Of a DNA stretch of 64,000 bases, positions 28,342 to 38,349 are shown in pieces. The notes under the pieces are model-generated. The model worked only from the letters and a program-made list of their open reading frames with translations, ran no database searches and was not told where the DNA came from. Source of the DNA: Actinomycetota bacterium (GTDB lineage Bacteria; Actinomycetota; Coriobacteriia; Anaerosomatales; UBA912). The translations under genes and the position numbers were made by a program. The stretch covers positions 23,551 through 87,550 of the forward strand of contig JAMDCK010000022.1 of assembly GCA_023488435.1 (NCBI GenBank), given 5' to 3'. The stretch's first letter is position 1. Each line of letters starts with the position of its first letter.

Positions 28342-29963
28342 TCGCTGACGGCCTTGCGTTGCTCGCGGAAGCGCTTGGCGGCCCCGACGAAATCGCGGAA
28401 AACCGGCGATGGCGAAAGCGGACGACTCTTGAACTCGGGGTGTCCCTGGATGCCGAGGAACCACGGGTGATCGGCAAGCTCTACGATCTCGACCAGGCGG
28501 TCGTCGGGAGAGACCCCGCTGATTACCAGGCCTTTTGTAGTCAAAGCCTCACGATAGGAGTTGTTGAACTCATATCGATGCCTGTGGCGCTCGTATACCA
28601 GCAGCTCACCCCCGTAGGCGGCGGCGGCTTTTGATCCTGGCTTGAGCTTGCACGGATAGGTGCCAAGTCGCATCGTTCCGCCAGCATCGGTAACGCCGTG
28701 CTGGTCGAGCATCAGGTCGATCACGGGGTGCTCCGTCACAGGGTCGAACTCGCTGGAGTTAGCGGAAGCCAGTCCGGCAACGTTGCGTGCGAACTCGGCA
28801 ACTGCCACCTGCATTCCCAGACAGATGCCCAGATAGGGCACCTCTTTGGTGCGTGCGAAGCGAGCTGCTCGAATCTTGCCTTCGATCCCGCGGATGCCGA
28901 AGCCACCGGGGACCAGGATGGCGTCAAAGTCAGCCAGCGCCGCTTCGACTTCCTCGGGAGTGAGTGACTCGGCGTCGATCCAATGCACCCGGATCTTGCT
29001 TTGATGGAAGTTCCCGGCATGATCAAGGGCCTCTGTCACCGAAAGATACGCATCGGGGAGCGAGACGTACTTGCCAACCAGCGCTATGGATACTTCGGAG
29101 TCGCAGGTCCTGGAGCGCTCCACGTAGCCGGTCCAGTCGGCGAGGTCCAGCTCCCCGCACTGAAGGCCGAGGCGATCGATAACCATCTCATCGAGCTTCT
29201 CCGCCGAGAGATTCAGGGGGACTTCATAGATACTGCCCGCATCGAGTGCTTCGACGACGGCCTCGGGATCCACGTCACAGAAGAGCGCGATCTTCCGGCG
29301 GGTCGACTCGTCGAGTGAGCGGTTCGACCGACACACGATGAGGTCCGGCTGGATACCGATACTTCGAAGCTGCTGCACTGAGTGCTGGGTGGGCTTGGTT
29401 TTGAGTTCCTGGCTCGCATCGATCCAGGGAATTAGGGTCACATGGATGAAGCAAACGTTCGCTCTTCCCAGATCGCGTCGGAACTGGCGGATGGCTTCAA
29501 GGAACGGCAGGGATTCGATATCGCCCACGGTTCCACCGACCTCGGTGATTACGACATCGGGTGCAGTGTCTCCGGTGATTCTGAGGATGCGGTCCTTGAT
29601 CTCATTGGTGACGTGCGGGATGACCTGCACTGTGGCTCCCAAAAAGTCACCTCGGCGTTCACGGTCGATGATCGACTGATAGATGCGGCCAGCGGTGACG
29701 CTGCAATCGCGCGTAAGCGACTCGTCGATGAACCGCTCGTAGTGACCAAGATCGAGGTCGGTCTCGCCGCCATCTTCAGTTACGAAGACCTCGCCGTGCT
29801 GAAATGGACTCATGGTCCCGGGATCGACGTTTAGGTAGGGGTCGAACTTTTGGATCGTGACCTTGAGTCCCCTCGACTTGAGTAGTCGCCCCAAAGAGGC
29901 CGCCGTGATCCCCTTTCCAAGAGAAGATACGACTCCGCCCGTCACGAAAACATGCTTTGCCAT
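28338..29963 (-). CDS. pyrG: CTP synthase
   Basis: [20 protein letters not shown]-terminus, glutamine amidotransferase domain with GICLGMQ, 541 aa. Confidence 0.97.
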   Translation of the reverse strand: MAKHVFVTGGVVSSLGKGITAASLGRLLKSRGLKVTIQKFDPYLNVDPGTMSPFQHGEVFVTEDGGETDLDLGHYERFIDESLTRDCSVTAGRIYQSIIDRERRGDFLGATVQVIPHVTNEIKDRILRITGDTAPDVVITEVGGTVGDIESLPFLEAIRQFRRDLGRANVCFIHVTLIPWIDASQELKTKPTQHSVQQLRSIGIQPDLIVCRSNRSLDESTRRKIALFCDVDPEAVVEALDAGSIYEVPLNLSAEKLDEMVIDRLGLQCGELDLADWTGYVERSRTCDSEVSIALVGKYVSLPDAYLSVTEALDHAGNFHQSKIRVHWIDAESLTPEEVEAALADFDAILVPGGFGIRGIEGKIRAARFARTKEVPYLGICLGMQVAVAEFARNVAGLASANSSEFDPVTEHPVIDLMLDQHGVTDAGGTMRLGTYPCKLKPGSKAAAAYGGELLVYERHRHRYEFNNSYREALTTKGLVISGVSPDDRLVEIVELADHPWFLGIQGHPEFKSRPLSPSPVFRDFVGAAKRFREQRKAVSE

Positions 29964-30024
29964 GGGTTCCTCTCTGCCTTGTGTGGATGTGGATTCTATA
30001 GGCTCACTATACCGCTAATGGCCG

Positions 30025-30951
30025 TCATTTTCGTCCCCAGGAATCAACTCGTGACAAAATCGTGTTCGCTTCAATGAGCCTCGTGTACGAGACCTTCTCG
30101 GAAAGAGCGTTGGCGGCGACCAGAAGGATCGCGGCAACCCCCAGCGTCGGCAAGGACGACCCGAGCGCGAGCATCAAACCAACCAGTGCGCCTGCGGCAT
30201 TGGCGCCTGCGTCACCGAGCATTCCCTCCTCGGCCAGGTCGTAGCGCGCCACGGCAACCGCGGGGCCGAGCAACCAGAGCAATGCCGAAGCCGCAGAAGC
30301 CAGCGTCGCTGCGATGCCGCCGAACACGGGAAGCGCGATAGCGAGCACTCCCAAGCAGCTCATCAGCGCGTAGCCCTTGAGCGCCCGGCCCGGACGGAGG
30401 TCCAGCAGATTGAGAAGATTGGCCGAAAGTGCAATCACGATGGTCGACAGTAGAGCCACGCCAAAGTATTCGATTCCGGCAAAGCCCCTCAGGTCTGCGA
30501 TCGCGAAGCCCGCCAGCAGCGAGACGAAGCCGATCCCGAGCGCCTTCAGCGCACCAGTGGTCAACCTGCCTTTCGCAAGTGTCCTGAAGTGACCCTTGAA
30601 GCCCTTCGCCGAAGACGACCCAAAAACATCGTCGATTAAGCCGAAGAGGAACGCCCCGACGACCACCGCTACCGCTATCATCGCTGGATGCGCATCTTGG
30701 CCGCCAAACGGTGCGATCGCGATCTCGATACCCGAGAGACGCTGGAGGGCCACAGCCAGGGAGAGCGCGGTCGCCCAGAACACCCATACGACTCCCAGCC
30801 CGACGAACACCTCGGTTTTTCGGTAGTTCTCGGCCTTCATGCGCGAGTCACGCAGCGCAGGCAACAGCAGTCGCATGCCTGCATGCGACGCACCCCAGCC
30901 GCCCGCAAGCGCAAATGCGAGAGCAAGTGCGATGCTCGGGGCGTCCGTCAC
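30025..30951 (-). CDS. MraY/WecA-like (GT4-type polyprenyl-phosphate sugar-phosphate transferase-like) membrane protein
   Basis: 308 aa, about 9 TM helices, with a NLLNLLDLRPGR motif in the position of the MraY/WecA NxxNxxDGxDG loop. A divergent family member, so substrate is unknown. Confidence 0.55.
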   Translation of the reverse strand: MTDAPSIALALAFALAGGWGASHAGMRLLLPALRDSRMKAENYRKTEVFVGLGVVWVFWATALSLAVALQRLSGIEIAIAPFGGQDAHPAMIAVAVVVGAFLFGLIDDVFGSSSAKGFKGHFRTLAKGRLTTGALKALGIGFVSLLAGFAIADLRGFAGIEYFGVALLSTIVIALSANLLNLLDLRPGRALKGYALMSCLGVLAIALPVFGGIAATLASAASALLWLLGPAVAVARYDLAEEGMLGDAGANAAGALVGLMLALGSSLPTLGVAAILLVAANALSEKVSYTRLIEANTILSRVDSWGRK

Positions 30952-33317
30952 TTCTCGGCCGCTGGTTCTGGCTCAACGGAATCGCCAACCATCGCCGACC
31001 GAGCGATCATCAGCTGGAGTATCCCTAGACCCACGTACACCGTCATCAGGGCCGGGATGACGATCCCCGAGTCCTCGGTGAAGTAGGCTACACCGCCAGC
31101 GATGAGCACCGCAGCCAGCGCCGCTGAGAAGGCCGGGTTGCGAGCTAGGGTGTCCGAGAAGTCCCCTTGGGGGCGCCATCTCATGTATCCCAGGAAGAGC
31201 AGCACGCCAGCAAGCACGAACGACCAGTTGGTGGTTGTGAGCACTCGGATGTTGGTGGCGATCTTGCGCTCGGCGATCGTGACGAGCTCCTGGATGCCAC
31301 CTTCGCGTGCGCTCTCGACTGCCCGTCCGAGATGGGTCTGCGCTCCATCCTGTGTGCCCAGGTCGATGACGATGAATGCACCCAGCATGATAGCGGTCAC
31401 CAAGATAATCCCGACGACCATTCGCCAGTCCACTCGGATATTGTTCGCCAGCGCCCAGAAGACGACTGCGCCGACCAATCCCCACAGTGCCACGGCGACG
31501 TTGGCCCCGAATATCGGGGCCGCAGCTGTGAGTACAGCAACGACGCCGATAGGCAGAATCGCCCATTTGCGAACGATCGCGGCGACCTTGTTGGTGCGGA
31601 ACTCATCTAAGATGAGGCCCAGTCCGACTAGTAGCGAGCCCATCATGATTGCAGCGCCTTCGTTGCCCATGCCGTAGTAGCGGGCAGCCACAAGCGGCGA
31701 GAAGTTCAATATCCCTGTGAAGGACCATGGACCCCCCATCCACTGGTCGACTAAAAGAAGCGTCGCGGTCGAAAGAGATACTATGCCGAGCGGCAGTCGG
31801 AAGGATCTCCCTAGCGACAGAATCGCCGCTAGCGCCCAGATCGCCAGTGTGGCTCCAACAAAGTACTGCGTCGCAGCGGCTTCCGATCCTGGGGTAAGCC
31901 CCACCGCGAACATCGCCGTTGACGCCAGCGGAACGGCTGCCACAAACAGCAATCCAGGGTGCGTGATCTTCACCATCAACTGCCGAAGGGCCGTCGGCCA
32001 CCTCCCCATCCTGAACAAGACGAGCACGCTCGCAGCAAAGATCAGCATCGTGATTACGATGAACGTATTGATCGTCGACGGTCTGGCTGCTTCGATCGAT
32101 ACAGCAATCGCATTCTGCTCGGTTAGCGCCGGAATCCTCTCCGCTGTCGCTATCGCATCTGAAGCCACCATAGGATTGCCGAGGAACGAGACCGGCTTGT
32201 CCAATGCAAGCCAGTCCACCGTTGTGGCGGCGATATCCAAGTTCGTGACCAACCCGTCCTGCCTGGTGGAGGATGAGCTCAGTGTGCCCGAAAGCGTGGG
32301 GTCGCCGGGCGAGTAGGCCACGATCGGCGTGAACGGTGCGGGGCCCTCCAGCGGAGCCTTCGCAGAGGTTCCAATGACCATGAGTCTTGCACCCTCGGGC
32401 ATCTCCTCGGCGGTCAGACGTACGATGGAGTCCAGCGAGGCCAGAGCCTTATCGCGATGGGATGCCGCTACCATCGGAGCGAAATCACGCGCGGATACCT
32501 CTGCCCGGGCAAGGTCGCCGGGGTCGATGACCAAAAGCGATGGGCCGCCGACGCGCTGAAGTGCGAGGATCGCGTCAGTGATCGTGCCGGTGTAGCGATC
32601 CAGGTCCGCAGTCACTCCCAGCGGAGCTGCTAAGTCTGCCTTCAGGAGACGCTGCGAGACATCACCGAATCTGACTCTGCCCTGCGAGTCCATGGCCACA
32701 AGCGCGGCCGGTCTCATCAGGTCAGCGGGCTCAGGGCCGGGGCCTAAATCGGAGTTACCCACCGCAGCGGTGCTGCCACCCGCCCTGACCACAGCATCAC
32801 CAAGCGCACCGATCCGTATGTCCAGGGTCGGGACCAAGTCATTGAGCCACTGGGTCCTTGGCAGTCCGAGAAAGACGACAGACGCCGTGTCCGGAGCCGA
32901 TCCCATGACCCTCTCGTAGACTTCACCAGCCACCCCGGCGGGGGTGATCTCGTCGGTGCTGTGTGCTCTGGTCGCACGAAAATCCGAATCCGCCCAGCTG
33001 CCCGACGAGTAAGTGAGTGCGGCTTGATCCAAGTCATCCCGCCGAAGCGCCAGCCTGTTGCGGCTAGCCGTGTTCATGTTAGCGACCGCACCACGATCGC
33101 GGATCTCGCGAAGGAATGGGGCCTGATCGCTCTCGAAGTCATCCCACGTCAAGTGAGGGGCCAGCACCAGCACCACCATCGGGTCGGCGGGTCGGGCTTC
33201 CTCAGCAGTCAGCGGAAGTGGCGCGGAGCCGAACAGCAGAAGCGCCGAAAGGGCTACCAGGAGCACCCTGAAGTGCGTCTTGCGACCACGGCGAAATTTC
33301 GATGTGGGGCTCTGCAT
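30948..33317 (-). CDS. Large orphan membrane protein: signal peptide + ~430-aa extracytoplasmic domain + ~11 TM C-terminal domain
   Basis: Start refined to the ATG at 33317 (MQSPTSKFRRGRKTHFRVLLVALSALLLFGSAPLPLTAEE). The track ORF's upstream 125 aa overlap the GNAT gene. Its stop overlaps the start of the MraY-like gene by 4 nt. Confidence 0.7.
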   Translation of the reverse strand: MQSPTSKFRRGRKTHFRVLLVALSALLLFGSAPLPLTAEEARPADPMVVLVLAPHLTWDDFESDQAPFLREIRDRGAVANMNTASRNRLALRRDDLDQAALTYSSGSWADSDFRATRAHSTDEITPAGVAGEVYERVMGSAPDTASVVFLGLPRTQWLNDLVPTLDIRIGALGDAVVRAGGSTAAVGNSDLGPGPEPADLMRPAALVAMDSQGRVRFGDVSQRLLKADLAAPLGVTADLDRYTGTITDAILALQRVGGPSLLVIDPGDLARAEVSARDFAPMVAASHRDKALASLDSIVRLTAEEMPEGARLMVIGTSAKAPLEGPAPFTPIVAYSPGDPTLSGTLSSSSTRQDGLVTNLDIAATTVDWLALDKPVSFLGNPMVASDAIATAERIPALTEQNAIAVSIEAARPSTINTFIVITMLIFAASVLVLFRMGRWPTALRQLMVKITHPGLLFVAAVPLASTAMFAVGLTPGSEAAATQYFVGATLAIWALAAILSLGRSFRLPLGIVSLSTATLLLVDQWMGGPWSFTGILNFSPLVAARYYGMGNEGAAIMMGSLLVGLGLILDEFRTNKVAAIVRKWAILPIGVVAVLTAAAPIFGANVAVALWGLVGAVVFWALANNIRVDWRMVVGIILVTAIMLGAFIVIDLGTQDGAQTHLGRAVESAREGGIQELVTIAERKIATNIRVLTTTNWSFVLAGVLLFLGYMRWRPQGDFSDTLARNPAFSAALAAVLIAGGVAYFTEDSGIVIPALMTVYVGLGILQLMIARSAMVGDSVEPEPAAEK

Positions 33318-33445
33318 GCGAAAAATGTCCTGTCGGAACTGGGTGTCTGGCCATCGGGCGGATTTTCCCGCCTGATGCAGTATATCGTGATTGCGGGTCG
33401 ATTTCAGCGCCGAGGGCGGGGGTCGGGTCGACCGGACCGCAGTCC

Positions 33446-33952
33446 TCAATCGCCTCGCAGGTCCAACTCTCTCAACAGCACCTTGTACGTGAGCGCACTT
33501 CTCGTCTTGAATATCCTCAGACCACGACTCTCGTAAAGGCGCTGAGCGGACTCCTCGGAAGGTACGTTCGACGTCAGAAGACGCAGATAAAGTACGTCGC
33601 GCGCCTTGGCCTGCGATATCACGTAGTCGAGCAGTCGGGCGCCGGCGCCAGCTCCCCTGGCCTGCGGAGCCACACAGAAATACCAGACCCACAACGCCTC
33701 TTCGTGATCCTTCTTCCTTCGGTAAAGCCCGATAGTACCAATGATTTCCTGAGTTGAGTCATCCAGGGCCACCCATACATCTGGGCGCTCAGACAAGCGA
33801 AGCAACCGCTTCCACAGCCGACCCAGCACTGGAAGCGGTTGCGATTCGGCAACGTACAGGCATGAGTTCCACCAGCCTTCGGCTCCGAAGACCTCGATCA
33901 CCAGAGCCTTGACCTTGGGCGCCATCGAAGCGTCCATTCGCTCAATCCTCAC
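33446..33952 (-). CDS. GNAT family N-acetyltransferase
   Basis: 168 aa with the acetyl-CoA motif QARGAGAGARLL (Q/RxxGxG/A). Confidence 0.8.
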   Translation of the reverse strand: MRIERMDASMAPKVKALVIEVFGAEGWWNSCLYVAESQPLPVLGRLWKRLLRLSERPDVWVALDDSTQEIIGTIGLYRRKKDHEEALWVWYFCVAPQARGAGAGARLLDYVISQAKARDVLYLRLLTSNVPSEESAQRLYESRGLRIFKTRSALTYKVLLRELDLRGD

Positions 33953-34070
33953 TTATGCTCCTTACGACGTGATGCTGGGCTACAATGGACGACGTCCGTA
34001 CGCCCCTTAGTATACAGTACCCTGGGAGGTTGCAATCTCAACGCCCACCGTCGCTCGGTCTACAGCGATC

Positions 34071-35642
34071 ATGACCGTCTCAACCGCTTTATCCCGAGTC
34101 ACCGGATTCATCCGTGTGTGGGTGACGGCGTATGCTTTGGGAGTCACCGCGCTGGCCGCCTCCTACCACGTCGCCAACAACATCCCCAACATGGTCTTCG
34201 AACTGGTTGCCGGCGGAATCATCTCCTCCCTATTCATTCCCGTTTTCATGGAGCGATGGAAGCAGGATAGCGAAGAAGACGCTTGGCGCTACGCCAGCTC
34301 GCTGTTCAACATCACACTCATCGCACTTGGAATCATCGCTGTTCTTGCGACCGTGTTCGCCAGCGAGGTAGTGCGAACCCAGACCTTCAGGATCGATCCT
34401 CAAGATGCTGAGCTAGCCGTCTTTTTCTTCCAGGTCTTCGCCGTGCAGATCGTTTTTTACGGTGCTGGCGCGATCATCTCGGGACTCCTCAACGCCCATC
34501 GTGACTTTTTGTGGCCCGCACTCGGCCCTGTCTTCAACAACCTGACGGTGATCGTCACCCTGTTGCTCTACGTATACTTCTCCGCCGAAGATCCACTCCT
34601 GGCCAAGTGGGTGCTTGCTGTGGGCACCACGCTCGGAGTGCTGGTGATGTTCGCAGTCCAGATCCCGAGCCTGATCAAACTGAGGCCCCGGTACTCCTTC
34701 CGAATCGACCTACGTCACCCGGGATTGCAAGCCATGGGTCGCATGGCTGTCCCAACGATCATCTACGTCGTAACCAACATCGTGGCCGTATCGTTTCGCA
34801 ACGCCTACGCTTTCGACGTCTCACTCGAAGGCCCAGCGATCCTTAGTTACGCGTGGATGTTCTATCAGCTCCCCTACGGAGTGCTCGCCGTATCGCTCGC
34901 CACCGCATTCTTCACCGAGCTCTCCGATGCCGCCGGCCGCAAAGACGACGAAGTCTTCCGCAAGAGGTTCGCCAAAGGCCTTTCGGCGACAGCGGTACTC
35001 GTGATTCCTTCGGCGGCGATGCTGATCGCCCTGGCCACACCGCTCATCACCCTCTACCGCGCTGGAAGATTCCTTGCCGAGGACATCGAGCGCGTCGCCC
35101 AGGTTCTGCAGTGGTGGGCTGCGGGCCTCTTCTTCTTCGCAGCGTTCATGTTCGTCCTGAAAGCGTTCTACTCCCTCAAGGACACGCGCACACCGATGCT
35201 CGTGAACCTTGTGCTCACGGTGCCGCACATTGGTCTCTACGCCATCTTGACGACCGGGGCTCTTGGGTTCCCTGGCATCGGGCTTGTGGGGATCCCGATC
35301 TCTGATGCTCTGTTCTTCGCTTCCGCCTTCGTCGTTTTGATCTACCTACTGCGGCGCAAGATCGGTGCCTTTGGCGGCAATGCGCTCGTTCGCACCATTG
35401 CCGGGATGACGCTGGCCTCAGTCGTGGGCGGTGGTATCGCTGCTGGCATTGCGTACCTAGTGCCCAATCCCGACTACTCGATGAAGATCGCACTCGCGAC
35501 AGTGGTGGTTGCCGGAGCCTTCGGATTGCTGGCAACCTGGGGTGTAGCAAGATTGCTGAGGATCCAGGAGGTTTCAGTGGCCGTGAACCTGGTGCGTAAG
35601 GCTGTCGCAGTGGTTACTGGACGCAAGAGGTCGCAACAATGA
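34071..35642 (+). CDS. murJ: Lipid II flippase MurJ (MOP superfamily)
   Basis: SRVTGFIR motif, 14 predicted TM helices, 523 aa. The start is uncertain (see finding): the frame is open from 34011, and a GGGAGG lies at 34024-34029. Confidence 0.88.
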   Translation: MTVSTALSRVTGFIRVWVTAYALGVTALAASYHVANNIPNMVFELVAGGIISSLFIPVFMERWKQDSEEDAWRYASSLFNITLIALGIIAVLATVFASEVVRTQTFRIDPQDAELAVFFFQVFAVQIVFYGAGAIISGLLNAHRDFLWPALGPVFNNLTVIVTLLLYVYFSAEDPLLAKWVLAVGTTLGVLVMFAVQIPSLIKLRPRYSFRIDLRHPGLQAMGRMAVPTIIYVVTNIVAVSFRNAYAFDVSLEGPAILSYAWMFYQLPYGVLAVSLATAFFTELSDAAGRKDDEVFRKRFAKGLSATAVLVIPSAAMLIALATPLITLYRAGRFLAEDIERVAQVLQWWAAGLFFFAAFMFVLKAFYSLKDTRTPMLVNLVLTVPHIGLYAILTTGALGFPGIGLVGIPISDALFFASAFVVLIYLLRRKIGAFGGNALVRTIAGMTLASVVGGGIAAGIAYLVPNPDYSMKIALATVVVAGAFGLLATWGVARLLRIQEVSVAVNLVRKAVAVVTGRKRSQQ

Positions 35643-36325
35643 GATCCCTCGCACTCGTCCCCGCCTTCAACGAAGGGTCGCGCATCGGCTCCACGGTACG
35701 GGCCATCCTCCAAAGTGATGCGGTAGATGAGGTGCTCGTGATCGACGATGGCTCCGCCGATGACACAGCGATGCAGGCCGAGGCTGCTGGAGCCCGTGTG
35801 CTCAGGCTGGATTCGAATGCCGGGAAGGGTGGAGCCCTCCAGGCCGGACTCGATAGCCTGGCCGAGCTTCCCGAGGTAGTCGCGTTGCTCGACGCAGACC
35901 TAGAGGAAAGCGCCAATCAAGTAGCGCTTCTCATGCAACCGATTGCCGACGGCACCGCCGACATGTCGATCGCAAGCTTCCCAAGACCTGCGGGCAAGGC
36001 CGGATTCGGGCTCGTGATGGGGCTCGCACGATTCGGCATACGCACGCTGGGGGGTCCGCTGGATGCCACTGCTCCCCTCTCCGGGCAGCGAGTGCTCAAC
36101 AGGCGTGCGCTGGAGGCTGTGGGGCCATTCGCCTCTGGTTACGGCGTCGAGGTGGCTCTAACTATAAGAGCGCTTCGCCACGGACTCGCCGTAGTCGAGG
36201 TCCCGACCACGATGCGACACGCCGCGACTGGTCGCAACATAGCAGGTTTCCTGCACCGAGGGCGACAGTTCGTCCACGTGACGGCCGCACTCTTTCGACT
36301 GGCACTTGAGCGGCGACCGCGCTAG
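35639..36325 (+). CDS. Family 2 glycosyltransferase (polyprenol-phosphate glycosyltransferase-like)
   Basis: VPAFNE...VIDDGSADDT...NAGKGGAL...LDADL motifs. ATGA overlap with the murJ stop. Confidence 0.8.
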   Translation: MRSLALVPAFNEGSRIGSTVRAILQSDAVDEVLVIDDGSADDTAMQAEAAGARVLRLDSNAGKGGALQAGLDSLAELPEVVALLDADLEESANQVALLMQPIADGTADMSIASFPRPAGKAGFGLVMGLARFGIRTLGGPLDATAPLSGQRVLNRRALEAVGPFASGYGVEVALTIRALRHGLAVVEVPTTMRHAATGRNIAGFLHRGRQFVHVTAALFRLALERRPR

Positions 36326-36359
36326 ATGGGCACTCATGCTATCAGGCCCGAAGCGCCCC

Positions 36360-37208
36360 TCACTGCGTTGCAACGATAGGGAACCTGCCGTCGGCTTCAT
36401 CCAGAAGCCCGAAATGCCCCTGGGCCTGCTGCGCCAACACCATGACGACCGAGTAGGCACCCTGCGGCGTGTCTACATGGTCCACAGCGGATAAGCCTCC
36501 CTCGACGGCGGCTAAGACGAGGCCTGCTCTAGCGGTGGTACCCTCGACACCCAAGACAGCAACGCCTCGGGCAGCAAGTTGCACACCAAGCTCAACAGCT
36601 AAGGCGTCCGGCCCGTCCTCCCAAGATGCCATCACTGCCAGGCCTCGAACTCCGACGTCATCGGGAAGGACTTCGCCACCCAGGACACCCAGTTCTCGCA
36701 AAGCATCCGAGACGGGCCTGGGCCCGGTAGTGGATAGTTCGGCGGCGAGCGAGGTAATCACCGAGGCTCTCAGGTCGGTCGTCGTGGGCGGAAACAGGGT
36801 GGCTACCGCCTCAAGTGTCTGAGTCTCGTCCAGGGAGAATCCTGGCTCGCTTATAGCAACCCGAAGCGGCTGGCCTCCGGCTTCGAGTACTGCATCCACT
36901 GTCGCCGAGTATGCGTCCTCGTTTTGTCCCTCTGCGATCAAGATCGCTACGGTTGCGCCATCGAGTCTGCCTCCTACTAGCGTTGGGAGTGCGCTGTCGA
37001 TGAACTCCGCGTGGGCATCGTTGTCCTGGGACAGTCGACTGTTGGCCTCGGACAGGGCGGCGAAGTCCTTCTGCAGCCCCGCAACCAGAGCCTCGCGCTG
37101 CCTGTCGAGGACCCCTCGCTCGGCAACGACGGTGCCCAGCAAAAGTCCCACCGTGAGCGCCAAGAAGACTGCCACAAGTGAGGCGACGTGATAGCGAAGG
37201 TTGTACAT
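36360..37208 (-). CDS. MctB-like 'copper transporter' family envelope protein
   Basis: N-terminus MYNLRYHVASLVAVFLALTVGLLLG followed by a coiled coil, typical of the MctB (Rv1698) family. Located directly downstream of steA, as in mycobacteria. Confidence 0.7.
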   Translation of the reverse strand: MYNLRYHVASLVAVFLALTVGLLLGTVVAERGVLDRQREALVAGLQKDFAALSEANSRLSQDNDAHAEFIDSALPTLVGGRLDGATVAILIAEGQNEDAYSATVDAVLEAGGQPLRVAISEPGFSLDETQTLEAVATLFPPTTTDLRASVITSLAAELSTTGPRPVSDALRELGVLGGEVLPDDVGVRGLAVMASWEDGPDALAVELGVQLAARGVAVLGVEGTTARAGLVLAAVEGGLSAVDHVDTPQGAYSVVMVLAQQAQGHFGLLDEADGRFPIVATQ

Positions 37209-37227
37209 TGCGAAAACCCCTAACTGT

Positions 37228-38349
37228 TCAGATCCCGATCATTGCCCGAAGGCGCAACAACACCAGCGCCAACATCTCTCGAACCGAAGGAGAGATCATG
37301 ACGACAGCAGTGATGACTGCGATTCCAGCACCCGCCAACAACAGAAGGTCGCTCGTTCCGACCGTCGACCGATATAGCTTGTTCACGCCCTTGGCGTCGA
37401 CCAGACGATGACCGACCTTCACCCTCACGATGAATGTGGAAGCCATCCCTTTACGCCCTTTGTCCAGGTAATCGACAAGGTTGGCGTGGGTTCCGACCGC
37501 CACGATCAACTCAGAGCCCGATTCGAATGCCAGCAGTAGCGCGAGATCCTCGCTGGTTGCCGAGAGCGGCCACGGCTGAGCGGTCAGGCCCAACCCTTGG
37601 ATGCGCTCCATCCCGGGAGCCCTGCCGTCCTCGTAGGCATGAACGATCAGCTTGGCTCCGGATCGCAAAGCCTCATCTGTCACCGAGTCCATATCGCCGA
37701 CGATAACATCAGGCTTAAAACCGGCCTCTAGGATCGCATCGGCACCGCCATCGACACCGATCAGTACGGGCCTGATCTCCCGAATGTAAGACTTCAGGGC
37801 ATTGAGGTCCTTCTTGTAGTCGTAACCCCTGACTACGACCAATGCATGTTTGCCGTGAAAGTCGATGCCGGTTTCCGGAACAGCAATCGCTCCGGTCAAC
37901 AGCTCCTTCTCGTTCTCAAGGTAGTCCAAGGTGTTCCTGACGAAACTATCGAGTTGCGCTCCCATCTCACTGTCGGCTTCAAGCATTGAGGACTCGATGG
38001 ATTCAACTGTCAGCCACTGTCCAGAAGCTATGAGTTCGCCTTCAAGGAACACATCGTGCCCGATGATGTTTATGGCCGCTCCATCTTGGATGCGCTCGAA
38101 GACGGCGGGCCCGACGTCATCAAGGATGTGAACCCCACCTCTGGCCAAAAGGATCGGGCCGGTGTTCGGATATGCGCCCGAAATGGAGCGAGAGGCATTG
38201 ATGACGCACTCAACGCCGACTCCGAGAAGACCTTCTGCGCTGACCTTGTCGATGTCCTGGTGGTCGATGATGGCGATATCATCGCTGCTCAAGCGCTTGA
38301 CGAGGTCCTTGGTGCGACTATCGATCCTAGCGGTTCCCGACAAGCGCAT
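37228..38349 (-). CDS. steA: SteA family protein (Rv1697-like, cell-division associated), intact copy
   Basis: Start refined to the ATG at 38349 (MRLSGTARIDSRTKDLVKRLSSDDIAIIDHQDID...). Has a C-terminal TM helix. The track ORF 37228-38562 is an upstream extension. Confidence 0.8.
   Translation of the reverse strand: MRLSGTARIDSRTKDLVKRLSSDDIAIIDHQDIDKVSAEGLLGVGVECVINASRSISGAYPNTGPILLARGGVHILDDVGPAVFERIQDGAAINIIGHDVFLEGELIASGQWLTVESIESSMLEADSEMGAQLDSFVRNTLDYLENEKELLTGAIAVPETGIDFHGKHALVVVRGYDYKKDLNALKSYIREIRPVLIGVDGGADAILEAGFKPDVIVGDMDSVTDEALRSGAKLIVHAYEDGRAPGMERIQGLGLTAQPWPLSATSEDLALLLAFESGSELIVAVGTHANLVDYLDKGRKGMASTFIVRVKVGHRLVDAKGVNKLYRSTVGTSDLLLLAGAGIAVITAVVMISPSVREMLALVLLRLRAMIGI

Noticed and set aside
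29964-30024. pyrG leader attenuator or reiterative-transcription element.
   Set aside because: The gap is only 61 nt. A TATAGT hexamer is present, but I could identify no terminator/antiterminator pair and no G/C-run start region like the Bacillus pyrG system.
33981-33986. TACAAT hexamer upstream of murJ as its promoter.
   Set aside because: No acceptable -35 lies at 16-19 nt (TTACGA sits only 13 nt away), so I did not list it as a feature.
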